Source of the DNA: Marsupella aquatica
Taxonomy: Eukaryota; Plantae; Marchantiophyta
NCBI GenBank assembly: GCA_973895155.1
Contig: OZ316899.1
Coordinates: 186,001 to 250,000, forward strand
Direction of reading: 5' to 3'
Length of the DNA: 64,000 nt
Within the stretch, counting starts at the first letter, position 1; the number at the start of each line of letters is the position of its first letter. This document shows positions 35,901 to 46,342 of the stretch, in pieces. The notes beneath the pieces were generated by a model. It saw only the letters and a program-made list of their open reading frames with translations, did no database searches and had not been told where the DNA came from. Position numbers and translations under genes: made by a program.

Positions 35901-36481
35901 CACCATTCTGGAAGTCGCACTAGAGCTTCATTTATCGACAAGAACTTCTCGGACTTGTCGAAGAAGAGTTTGCTCACCACCCCTTCGCCTACTACTTGTG
36001 GATCCACCTGCAAGGGTTGATTGATACAACAGTGGCCGCTAATCTCAGATAGTAGTTCTACCCCTAACCTCTTTTCATACTCATACTTCTTTGGTTGTAG
36101 CTTTTTGAGTGAGTCTGCTAACTGTGACGCCGCCGGTATGGCGGTTAATGAGTGATTCGGTCTAACTGCACTCGGCACGCGCGTTAGGAGTGTCTTAGAC
36201 TGCTATTATTAGCATAACAACAGTATTTAGGTAATCATTATGGGTAGGATATCATTAGGCAATAAGGGGGAATTCAGGTTCGGACTGGCGGCTGGTCGCT
36301 ATTCGCACACCCGGGTTACGAGCGTGGAGGGGCCCCTCCCTCGGGTCCGTATAACAAACTTAAGGAAGCGGCCACTGACACGCGCTGACTCAGACCGGCG
36401 GAGTGGCCGGCACACCACAAGCATGAACGGTTCAGCCTATGGGCGTCGAGGAGACGTCGGGGGATCGACAAGCGCTCAAGG

Positions 36482-36489
36482 TATAAAAG
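36482..36489 (+). promoter_or_regulatory. TATA box of the solo LTR-A
   Basis: TATAAAAG about 100 bp upstream of the ATG at 36590. Confidence 0.6.
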
Positions 36490-36589
36490 GGGAGCCAACC
36501 CTTTGTAGTGCACCAGTCCATCAGTCCACGCGCCAGCTTCGACCCCAGCTCTCTCGTTCGCTCTAAGTCGCCACTACTATCTCCTCTGA

Positions 36590-39220
36590 ATGTCGCACAC
36601 GATCCTCTCCAGCTCGGCCATTCGATTCTGGACGCAGTTCCTATTTACCGGGAGGCACTTGGCCGACTCATTGAAACACGCCAACCCACGCCGATACGAA
36701 ATCGAACGCGAGTACGAGCGAGCCATCCGCCTAGCAGGATGACACCACTACATCCTTAACTTTGACTACCCATCTGAGAGCAAGCTTTACCGACCAGTAG
36801 AGGTATCCGGGTACTTCTTCAACGGAGACAAATATATCGGGTTCTGGGAAGCATTGCTTCGGCTTCCGGACGAGGTCTTCAATATCCCGGGTACGATCAA
36901 CTTGCAGCGACATCACTTCGACCACATCCCTGCTCAGGTTCGGGCTATCATCAACAGCGAGTCCAACACTACCCGTTCGACAAGGTCGTCTGCCCTCGCT
37001 TCGGAGAACTTCTACCAGCACCTACAGAGCTTCATAGGAGCTCGGCCAACAACCAACATGACCAACTCAGTTGTACCCATACCCGTACCCGTACAACCTC
37101 AGTCTCAGCTTCAGCCTCAGCCGCAGCCTAGCCAAACCCCACCACCGATCGCCCAGCCAGCACAAGTGCGCTCCGTCATCAACGCTGTGGATCTTAGCAA
37201 TGACGACGAGGCTACCCTACCCTTGACCAGGCGGCCAAGAGGAACAAGCGCTCAGGGGGCCGATACTATATCGTCCCCACCCCCTGCTCTGACCCCAGGA
37301 GTGGCCCCGACAGACAACATGGTGACCGTGGCCGACCCGGGCCCGTTACTAACGGCAGTAGCACTACCCAGGCCCGATCGGGAGGATGGGGAGGTGTCAC
37401 CTTCCCCAAGCCAGTCACGGGGGAAGAAGAGGAAGGAATCCGCCACTGCATCCGGGTTACCATTGGCCACGGTAGCCGTGGCCAAGGTGACGATGCACCG
37501 CATGGGGGAAAACGTTCACAAAAACATCCTCCATCCCAAGCATGCGGTGTACCTGAAGACTCAGGGATTCGAGCACCTCGCCTCCCTCCCCTGGAACACT
37601 TGCAGGTACTACGGGGAGGACATGATGGAGTTCGTCAAGAATTATGACGACGCGCGTCAACATACTCGACTACGGGGAAGGAGTATGTCCCTCACGGAAG
37701 AACGGCTCAGGATGATCTTCGGGTTACCCGAAGGTGACCATCGAGTCGAATCACGGGCTCCCGGGGGCAAGGGAGCCAAGTACCAATCTTCAAGTTTTCC
37801 CTCAGAGGGAGCAGTGGACAACGGGTTCGTGATGAAAACCTGCCTCATCCCCGAGATAGCTGAGCGACTGGAGTTCCAGAGGTACGGCCTCCACATGATG
37901 GAACCCCGGGGGGAGATCTCCGCCGCCCAGGTTATCCAGGTCGAGAACTATCGACCTAGGAGGTGGGCGTCGTACTTCGCTAAGAAATTCCATGAAGAGA
38001 TGGAGCGGCGAAGGAAGACGATGTACATTGGCGGGAAGGCGTATTTCGCTAGCCACATCGAGATCATTCTTGAGTGGTACGCCCGGTTTGATCGACGAAC
38101 CCTTCCCCGTGTCAACGTTACAAAGCTGGTCCCAGCTAGGTGGGTTTTCCCGGCCTTGGAGAGACGGCCCCAGCCCGAGGCCCGAAGTCCAGCGGACATG
38201 CCAGCTTCACCCACCCCACCTCCACAAGTAGCTGTAGTTGTAACCGAGGAGGTACCGGATGGGTCGAGTGTCGCAACCGTTGATGCGACCCAACAGGCCG
38301 GGCTAAGTACAGAAGTCGGTACGGCGGAGGTCTTACCCGAGCCCGGTTCTCCCAAAGACCCACCGGTGGCTATTCCGGAGAACCGGACATTGCTACAGGA
38401 GGACGCTCCAGCCCCTTCCAACATTACGTCCCCAAGGCTGGACGTCACTGCCCCGGCCCCCGCGCGTGTGGACGTCTGCCCGTGCCCAACTCCGGACAGG
38501 CACAACCTGGACCACCCGGAACTCTTCGTACCGGGTACATTTCTGAACGGGCTTCTGGGAGATTTCTCTCATCAAATTGCCCGGGATACCGGGGAGTTCA
38601 TGGCCCGGAAGGTAGCCTGTTTCTTCAATCAGGAGTTGGTTGCCGCAGTAAAGGCAGGTCGGGCCCAGTCAGAGGCCCTTCAGAGGATAGAGCGGTACCG
38701 GGTGGAGTCCATGTACCTAAAGAACGAAGTTGCGGCTCAAGAGGCTGAGCTTCGGCAACTACGACCCAAGGTTGCAGCCGCCGATGAGTTCTTAGCAAAG
38801 GCGCACGCTCTTACCGCCCTAGCCGAACAGGCCAAAGGTGGGAACAAAGCCGAGATTACACGACTCCGGAACCAGATTGACAGTTTGAAGAATCAAACTG
38901 TCACCTGGCAGAAAGACCTGGAGGAGGCCGAGGAACGGGCCCAGCGAGACACGGCGGAGATAGCCACGCTGCAGGCCGAGGTGGCACGGCTCCAAACCGA
39001 GGCCGAGAAGCAGGACCAGCTGGCGGGTAAACTGACAAGTGACGCCCAGCAGTTGGAGGAGGCTTGTCAGGAGGCAGCAGAGGAGACGGATGCGGCGAGG
39101 CGAGAGAATGAATCTCTACTGGACCAGGTCCAGCTCCTCAAGGCGGACAATGACAGGCTTCGAAGGCAGCGGGATGGCCGCTCCCATTCAGGTGGCTCTG
39201 GCAAGCGTGCCAGGCATTAG
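36590..39220 (+). pseudogene. LTR-internal ORF, second copy (~876 aa); one premature stop
   Basis: In frame from ATG 36590 to TAG 39220 except TGA at 36740-36742, which is CGA in copy 1. It is open across the position where copy 1 has its stop. Confidence 0.87.
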
Positions 39221-40706
39221 CGGCAGAGTAGGAATAGAGTAGGATTAGGACTAGCTTAGTCAGGCTCTTGGGACAGGCACCTGCCTTAGGTACAGCTTCG
39301 CTGCCGTGCTGTCCAGCCTGCATAGATTAGGATCTTCTAATAAGACACAGCCGTTTCCGGCCTGACTGTCAGCTTAGTTAGGACCGTAGTCAGTGAATCT
39401 TCGGCGAGAGGACACCCCGTCCCTCGGCCCTTAGTATTTAGTGCACCCCTCGGTAGAGTCGAGGGGGGGGGGGGTTTTAGTTGCAAAGTTGGGCGTCCGC
39501 GGTATGTGCGGGGAGTCCCGACCTCTGGGAATGAAAGAGTACCAAGGGGAGGGGGTAGGACTAAGCTCGTCGGGCGAGTGCGGAGCCGGGCTCCGTTGTA
39601 GTGTGCACCCTCGGCCTTGAACCTGTTCATTCCGGGGCTGTCGGGTCAACTAAGTGTACGCATATGTTCCCTTTGTAGTAAAATCCTTTCCCATCATTTT
39701 CCTTCGTGTAAATCGAGATTGTATGCATGTGCGCGTGTTGGTTTCTCGTATATGGGTGGCAGCGCCAGGCCGAACGCACTACCCGAGACGTGCACAGGGT
39801 GCAGCCTGCGGGTAAGTGGTTGCGAGCACGGGTTGAGGACCTGTATCATCGAATCCGGATCGAAGGCGGACAGCACGAAGGCTTAGAAGTCCTTAAGCCG
39901 GGGTCGATCCTGCTATCGACTAAGGTACGTTCCGGCGGCGGAACACAAACCATACCTAGGAGGTGTCCGTATTTAGCAGTATGCGCACTTAGCGCTAGTT
40001 TACGAGAATAAGGTGCATTACGTGCTTCCCTTCCTGCCCGAACCCTCAGATTTACGAGGGATGTGCCCGTCTAAGCTGAAGTCTGAGTTAAGGCCGCAGT
40101 CGATGACGTGACACTAACGTTACTCCTATCTGGACAAATTTGATCCAGAAAGCATACGCCGTCCCTTCATTCAGCATCTGGTTATTGGAGAACTTACGGG
40201 TAAGGAATGACTGCGATTTCTTATCCATAATCTAGCTGCAATTGCTCTCTGTACTCCTGATTCTCTCGAGAAACTTTGTGCGTCTATCGATTGGAGCTAC
40301 TCGTAGCTAGGGCGAGCGAAGGTCGATCGAACCAGCAAAGCAAGGGAATTGCGAGTGTGAATAATGAAGGTTTGGGGTGGCCTTGCTTGCCTTACCCTCT
40401 CCGCTGTGGTTGAAGTCCCTCGTGCTAGTGCCGCCGCCGGTCCCAACCATGAGAATCTGCATCGATTTCACGTTCTTGGCGTATGACTTATCCGCGTACG
40501 GCGTACTTACTCCCGGGAACATAGTGACGGCCATCACTAATAACCGAAGGGAACCTTCATCTTTAACGGCTGTCAGTCTACTCTTCTTCTAACTACTCTA
40601 GTCCCCGTCATTACGTGCGTACTTCACTCTTTCTACGTACCTTCTACCTAATTACCCCGTCTAAACTCCGTATCTTGCGTATACCCTATTCTTTAGCCGC
40701 GTCACA

Positions 40707-40880
40707 AACATTCTAGCCCCTTCCAAGTTCCGGAGAGTCCAAAGCCTTAGTGAACCATGGAGATAGTGGAGCATCACAGTTAATTTGTGCAAAAGTCTTT
40801 TGAAGCCAAGTCCCCCTTCAACTCTTGGGAGAGACATCTTGGCCCAAACCACCAGGTTCATTAGACTTATGACTTGATAC
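40707..40880 (-). mobile_element. short L1-clade LINE fragment
   Basis: LVVWAKMSLPRVEGGLGFK matches the common plant L1 motif V.W..(C/S)LP..EGGLG. Confidence 0.55.
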
Positions 40881-41044
40881 AATCTTCATTTAATAACTAT
40901 AGTACAATATTCACTAATCATCAGTATATGGTAAGCTCCAATTCCTCCATATAGTATGTAGACAAAAATTGAAGCAATCGATGAAATAATTAGCAATTTC
41001 ATTACACTTGATATAATTAATTACAGTGCTTCCTTACTTCTTCC

Positions 41045-43684
41045 TCACCAGTACTCAGGATATTTTGTTTTCACAATAGCAGCAGCAAACAGAACAAAGT
41101 TATTCACTACTTTCCCTGTACCTATCTGCATGAACCAAGTAGCAAGTTCTTCATCACTTTTCTCTCGAATTTCCGGAAATTCCTTGAACAATTCTGTTTG
41201 TATCCAAGAAACCGTCCAGCCTTGCCACACAAAATGTCGAAGACGCTCGCCTGTTCTATCATTGCACTGATCACCATATGGTCCTTTATGAATACACATT
41301 CCAGTGACAACTACAGTATGTTGAAAGTGACACTTAAAACAAGTCCATGCATTTTGAGGGAATGTGTTCTTGCAGGTCCGGGCCTGGTGAGATCCTAGAC
41401 ATCTAAAACACAATGACCGCAATATAGGACAGTTGACAGCATTGTGTACTTCTTGCTCCCTTGATTTAGGACACTGACAAATTAAGCATTGACTTCCATC
41501 ACCCGCAAAAGTTCTGATGATACGAAGATCCCTTTTATCACTCTCAAAAGATCGGCTGTGTGCCATAGCCCTTAGCCTTGCAACCACAGGCTCTGCTTCA
41601 TGTACCCCTTGTATAATTGGGGTCATCGGCAAGGTGTTTCCTTGTCGTCTTGGCATGGGAGTGGCTGGGGGTTGCGTAGGAGTTTCATATGTTGACTCAT
41701 CCGAACCCCCTCTTCCTGGAATTCCCATTGAAGATGATGCTACCTCATGTGGTGGAATTGAGGCTGTTCTGCAAGGAATGTCTTGTGTGAACACCTCAAA
41801 GTCTATGTCCACACCTGGGCTGCACATCACAGATGCTTGGGAACACAAGTCACACAAACTAGAGAATGGAATAAGATGACATACTTGAGGTTTTCCATCG
41901 ACCTGGTCATGGAGCCCAAACCGACGACATGATGTCTTGTTCTCTATCCATTTGTGTGAAGCCGCTGTGGTTGAATCAATGCGTTCGGCCATCTTGCGAT
42001 AAGCAAGGTTGGTCACCACATAACTCATCGCTGGGAGCCCATCACGTCCACCTCGTCCAGATTCTTGGTGGAAGTGTTCCAGAGACCTGAAACTACCACG
42101 ATGAATGACAAGCTTAACCCATTTATAATTGTATCCACTACTAATCACTCCGGTGGCCACCATGATCTTACAAGCACCTGACGTCCAAGAACTCAATGAA
42201 GCCCTCTTCACCGCTATGTCCAGATGCGCATGCACATACATGCATGACATTTCTTTCCCTTGGAGGATTGTTGTAGTTGATTCCACCTCCTCGCGGGTTA
42301 GACAAAATACTAGGGCCCTCTCTTCTGGCAAAGAATATGCTCTCCAATCACGCAAAAGACTCACTATTTCTTCATCCATCATGTTATGGCCAACCTCAAC
42401 AACGGCATACCTGATGTTGGGTCTCACAGTAGGACAACGAATCCACACCATCTCTGTAGCTAACATCCGCTCAATATCAATTTGATTCTTGGGTGCTAGG
42501 GATGCGGTTAACCCTATGATTTGGCAATTAATTTCCATGAGGCCAACCAACTTTTTCATTGACGGTCGAAAGTCGGATAACAGGAGGTGCACCTCGTCGT
42601 AGAAAATGGAATGCAAGGAACCACTGCATTTCAACTGCTTTGCCAAGATAATGAATAGTTTGGATTCTGCAGCAGTCTCCACAGCCACAAAAATGATCGA
42701 AGGAGGTCTTGCCACTTCGACTGTGCCACCATCCTTATACACAACACAACTAATATTTGCTTGTTTGCATTCCTCTACGTGGCCCTCTACTAGGATAGTG
42801 AGTGGAACGATCACAATCACCGTCCTATTCTGTCCCATGGTGGAAGGTGCCATGAACACCAATGATTTTCCAGACCCAGTGGGTAGTATGGCAACAAAGT
42901 CCACCACATTATCTATGGATAGAGCAACTGCTGTTGCTTTTTCCGACGATTTCCACTGTTGATGACCAAGCCTTCTTAAGGCTTGACAAGCTCCAGCAGT
43001 CCTATTGAGACAAACTTGTAGCAGGGGATCACTTTCTCCACTTGCCAATAATGTCTGATGGATGTTTGAGTGGAAAACTGTAAACCGCCTCCTTTTGGGA
43101 ATTTGCCTCACCTCATATTCAACACCTCCAACGGGTCCCCAAAAGTCAAAAGGTGCAGTCGACATTACCTCGGGCCTCTGTGACCCACCGAGGCCAACCA
43201 ACTTGTGCCACAATCGTGACACCAATACACACCCTCTTAAAATATGTCCATCCATGCCTCTAGGATCCTTTGTACTATGAGCATAGTGATGGCCGACCGT
43301 AGCTGTTTCATGACCACCTGCTACATCCACAAGGTCTTCTTGTAAATGGGCCTTACAAGCTCGTATATTCTCACTCCAATGTGCTGCCACATGCCGGTAC
43401 TTTGCAATCCCAAATGGAATGCCGCAGTGCTTTTGGAAAGCATCTAATACACTGGCAGAAAGGTCTGCTCCCGTCAGCCTCTTGTCCATGGCCACAAACC
43501 AACAATCCAGGTACATTGCTGCAACTTCCGGACCCCACAAAATATTCACCACGAAAGATTGTACTGGGCGAACTAGACATAACAATTTCACAAATAGGTG
43601 GCTTTGATTGTCAGGAATGAACCGAGCAGTGAGGTTTATAGGTTTCCCAGCATTTGCACATTTGTGGTAGGATTGATAAACCAT
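41045..43684 (-). CDS. tyrosine-recombinase-like domain fused to a RecQ-type SF2 helicase with RQC-like and C-terminal Zn-binding regions (telomere-linked-helicase architecture), 879 aa; N-terminus apparently eroded
   Basis: Helicase motifs LPTGSGKS, DEVH, LTAS, TVRPNIRY, MVATGVISSG, HQESGRGGRDG; RQC-like CRR...CDLC; C-terminal CFRC..H..C and CFKC..H. N-terminal YHK...RFIP...VRP...KY-R97-H...AGG-H125-ETATVGHH-Y134-A. Upstream in-frame sequence (GDRAFIW) continues to a stop about 45 nt further 5'. Confidence 0.8.
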   Translation of the reverse strand: MVYQSYHKCANAGKPINLTARFIPDNQSHLFVKLLCLVRPVQSFVVNILWGPEVAAMYLDCWFVAMDKRLTGADLSASVLDAFQKHCGIPFGIAKYRHVAAHWSENIRACKAHLQEDLVDVAGGHETATVGHHYAHSTKDPRGMDGHILRGCVLVSRLWHKLVGLGGSQRPEVMSTAPFDFWGPVGGVEYEVRQIPKRRRFTVFHSNIHQTLLASGESDPLLQVCLNRTAGACQALRRLGHQQWKSSEKATAVALSIDNVVDFVAILPTGSGKSLVFMAPSTMGQNRTVIVIVPLTILVEGHVEECKQANISCVVYKDGGTVEVARPPSIIFVAVETAAESKLFIILAKQLKCSGSLHSIFYDEVHLLLSDFRPSMKKLVGLMEINCQIIGLTASLAPKNQIDIERMLATEMVWIRCPTVRPNIRYAVVEVGHNMMDEEIVSLLRDWRAYSLPEERALVFCLTREEVESTTTILQGKEMSCMYVHAHLDIAVKRASLSSWTSGACKIMVATGVISSGYNYKWVKLVIHRGSFRSLEHFHQESGRGGRDGLPAMSYVVTNLAYRKMAERIDSTTAASHKWIENKTSCRRFGLHDQVDGKPQVCHLIPFSSLCDLCSQASVMCSPGVDIDFEVFTQDIPCRTASIPPHEVASSSMGIPGRGGSDESTYETPTQPPATPMPRRQGNTLPMTPIIQGVHEAEPVVARLRAMAHSRSFESDKRDLRIIRTFAGDGSQCLICQCPKSREQEVHNAVNCPILRSLCFRCLGSHQARTCKNTFPQNAWTCFKCHFQHTVVVTGMCIHKGPYGDQCNDRTGERLRHFVWQGWTVSWIQTELFKEFPEIREKSDEELATWFMQIGTGKVVNNFVLFAAAIVKTKYPEYW

Positions 43685-44118
43685 CAGCGTATCAGATAAC
43701 CAAATGAATGCTCTATCCCCTTCTAACTACCGTACAACTCGAATGGGTGGGGTTGGCATATCCCCGTGTAGAGGTAGGGTAGTTATTAGTACCAGTGCCA
43801 GTGCCGCTCTAACGACAAACACTGAGCTTGAAGGGTGTGGTGGCCGCATCACCATGTAGTACTAGGGTACTTAATTATCAGTACAAGCGTCACTCAACAA
43901 GAAACACTCAGTCGCATATTCTGCTCGGGGCATCTCTCTCATACTCAGGTAGTTCAATGCTTTCATCGGGCGACGGGTATGAAACACTGTTCATTCGCAC
44001 ATTTTACTTTTTGGGCTATCGGCGGGCGAGGCGAGGTGAGGCGGAGCGAGAGAGAGACAATCCCTCTTACCCAGGTTTAGGGTTCAACCATCCTTTGGTG
44101 TCATTCTTTATTCGCGCT

Positions 44119-46342
44119 ATGACGATGGTGAATCAGGCAAGGCATTATTGGGGCTGTGTTCTCGAGTACGGGGGTCTACTCATAGCAACATACGAAGAGC
44201 AGCAGCCAGAGCAAGCAGATGAAGAGAGACAACTCATACAAAAGTTGTGGGAGCTCCTTGAGGTTGCATTCGTCGGCGGGGAATGCATTTATGTGGATCT
44301 TTTATGGTCACCATCGGTTGATGAACTCAACCGCATTTGGTTTGAGGAGGATCAGTTGTTGTCGGTAAGGCGAGCGATTGATAGGTGTCCAGACGACAGG
44401 TGGGTACTACCAGACTGGACGTTGAAGTGGACGCCAGAGGCTGTGCTAGGTGAAGGCTCACGGCGAGGAAGCAAGGGGAAACAAGCTCTGCTGGCAGCAA
44501 ATGCACGCGGGAAGAAACATGAAGAGGCAGTCGCTGCACCACCGGCAAAATTAAAGAAGAGTGGAGCAGGTCGGCAGTCAGCACGACCGCGACGAAACGG
44601 GACACCGACAGTGCCACCAACAAGTCTAGGTCGGAATTTGAGACTGGGGAAGAACCGGGAGGAATTGATGCTGCGGCCACCACATCGACGCCGAAGGATT
44701 GGAATTGGAAGGGTTGGGTTGACACGGTAGTAGAGGAACTTTGACTCAAATTTATTCAGGATGACAACGATGTATTCCGAGTCGTAGTTTCGGGCAGGTA
44801 TCCCAAATTCCTACACGGGTCGGGGCTGGAGAAATTTGTCTGGTTACCCTGGACTGCGCAAGATATAACCCACAAAGAGATGATGATGTTCGTAGCTAAT
44901 TGGGATCCTGAGCGCAAGCTCACACATATACTTGGTCGAGAATTCCAATTTTCAGAGAAGGTGGTATCCGAAGTGTTCGGGCTAGCCTTGGGAGAGCCGG
45001 TTAAAATCGGCAGGATGGTTCACGTTAAGGACACCAAGTGCAGGGACTTTGAGGGACCACCCAACGTGAACGGATTCTTGCGCTGTCAATGTATCAATAT
45101 TCAGACTCGCGACATCCTGGATTTCCTTCAAGTTACGATGTCGTTTACTTCGAGATGGCCTGAGTTCGGGAAGAATGAGGTGGCATTGGTAAATCAGCTC
45201 AGCACAGGGGTGGACTACTGTGGTTTTCTTTTCAAGAGATTGTTGGAGGCGTTGAATACCAATCATAGAATGATGTCGGTTGGGGGTGTTTCCCGGCTGG
45301 CATATCACTTGCCACTAATCATAAAACATGCTCGAACTCAACTACATCAGCCAGCAGAGATTCCCACTCAAATCGGACTAGGGAAGGGACAAGAAGATGA
45401 AGAAGGCCGGGACCCAGCACTTATCATGTGGAGTAAGAAACCACTGCCGCTGCCGCTAAGGCACACAGCAGAGGTCGACACCTCAAAGTCCCAAACAGAA
45501 CTAGGAGATGACATGGGAGTTCCTGTGCAGAACGCCAAGGACGATGAGGTTGAGCAATTGTTTTCCCGACAATTCTCCTTGGGGTTAGCTCTACCGGCTA
45601 GAAGGACGATATCAAAATCCTCTGCTGAGAACAATGGCGGAGACGAGTCTGAAAATAACCCGGCCGTAGGACCACCCGCAAGAATCTCGATTGGACACGA
45701 GACGGTTCCGATTGTGGAATATCAACCCGATGCTGAATCACCAAAGGGAGCCCAAACAATTGAGAAGGCTGCACCCCTTTTATAGGAGGAGTTGCGGCAG
45801 CTCGTGCAGGAAGTTCGGCGGAAGGAGGAGGAGGCGTCCAAAGCTAAGAAATCGCTTGAGTCGCTTTGTATTCCATTGAGTAAGGTGTTGCAGGAGACAG
45901 CCATACTCCAAACTTGGTATACAGCCGAACTGGCAACCGAGAAAGCAAAGACCGCTGATGCCAACATAAATTTGGTGAATTACGACATACCAAGCACCAG
46001 CAAGTGTCTGATTTGGAACTCAAGTTGGCCAGAGCAGTTCAGGACCTGGCCAAGGAAAGGGACAACTCGATCCACAAGTTGGGTTTAGCCGCAAAAGAAC
46101 TGGAGGCCGACAGACAAAAGTCAGAAGCCAAACTTGGGGAGATGCAAGCTAAGTTAGAGACAGAGGTTGCAAGTCTTCGATCGGAGAACCAGGCACTCCA
46201 ACATCAATTGCAAAAGGCTAATGAGGAGTTGATGTCAGGAACTGCAGAGAGACAGGCTTTAGGGTTGGAATGCGAAGATCTCCTTGACCGGAATCAGCTT
46301 CTGAAAACGCAAGCACAAAATCAGCTAAACCAGCTGAAGTAG
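44119..46342 (+). pseudogene. frameshifted member of the retroelement accessory-domain + coiled-coil family
   Basis: FLHGSGLEKFVWLPW...MFVANWD...ILGREFQFSEKVVSEVFGL...NG...CINIQTR...SVGG...LAYHLPLII, then coiled-coil ORFs 45792-46088 and 46004-46342. Several frameshifts and stops. Confidence 0.72.

Larger units (their letters stand above)
36123..40113 (+). mobile_element. solo LTR, family A (3991 bp), with 5-bp TSD CTAAC
   Basis: TGTGACGC...GTGACA flanked by CTAAC at 36118-36122 and 40114-40118. No gag/pol between the ends. Confidence 0.95.
33062..40228 (-). pseudogene. family-B LTR-internal ORF (~1056 aa) split by insertion: join complement(40114-40228, 33062-36117)
   Basis: Removing 36118-40113 restores MDKKSQSFLTRKFSNNQMLNEGTAYAFWIKFVQIGVT-LADSLKKLQPKKYEYE in frame, homologous to LTR-A ILSSSAIRFWTQFLSTGRHLADSLKHANPRRYE. 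It shares YIKAQGFEHFVSLPW...IFGLPEG...FQRYALH...ASHIEIILEWY and a C-terminal coiled coil ending in SAKRSR (LTR-A: SGKRAR). Confidence 0.88.
32331..40706 (-). mobile_element. ORF-bearing LTR of a related family (family B, ~4.4 kb net), interrupted by the solo LTR-A
   Basis: Minus-strand start TGTGACGC at 40706 matches the LTR-A start. Distal blocks ggtggcggaat..atacct and tagtttgcgagaat resemble the LTR-A end region, and the candidate end is ...TGACA at 32331. No matching TSD was found, so the left boundary is uncertain. Confidence 0.65.

Noticed and set aside
32326-40711. TSD for the family-B LTR
   Set aside because: The flanks CTTAG and AACAT do not match and no PBS or PPT was found, so it is not called a clean solo LTR.
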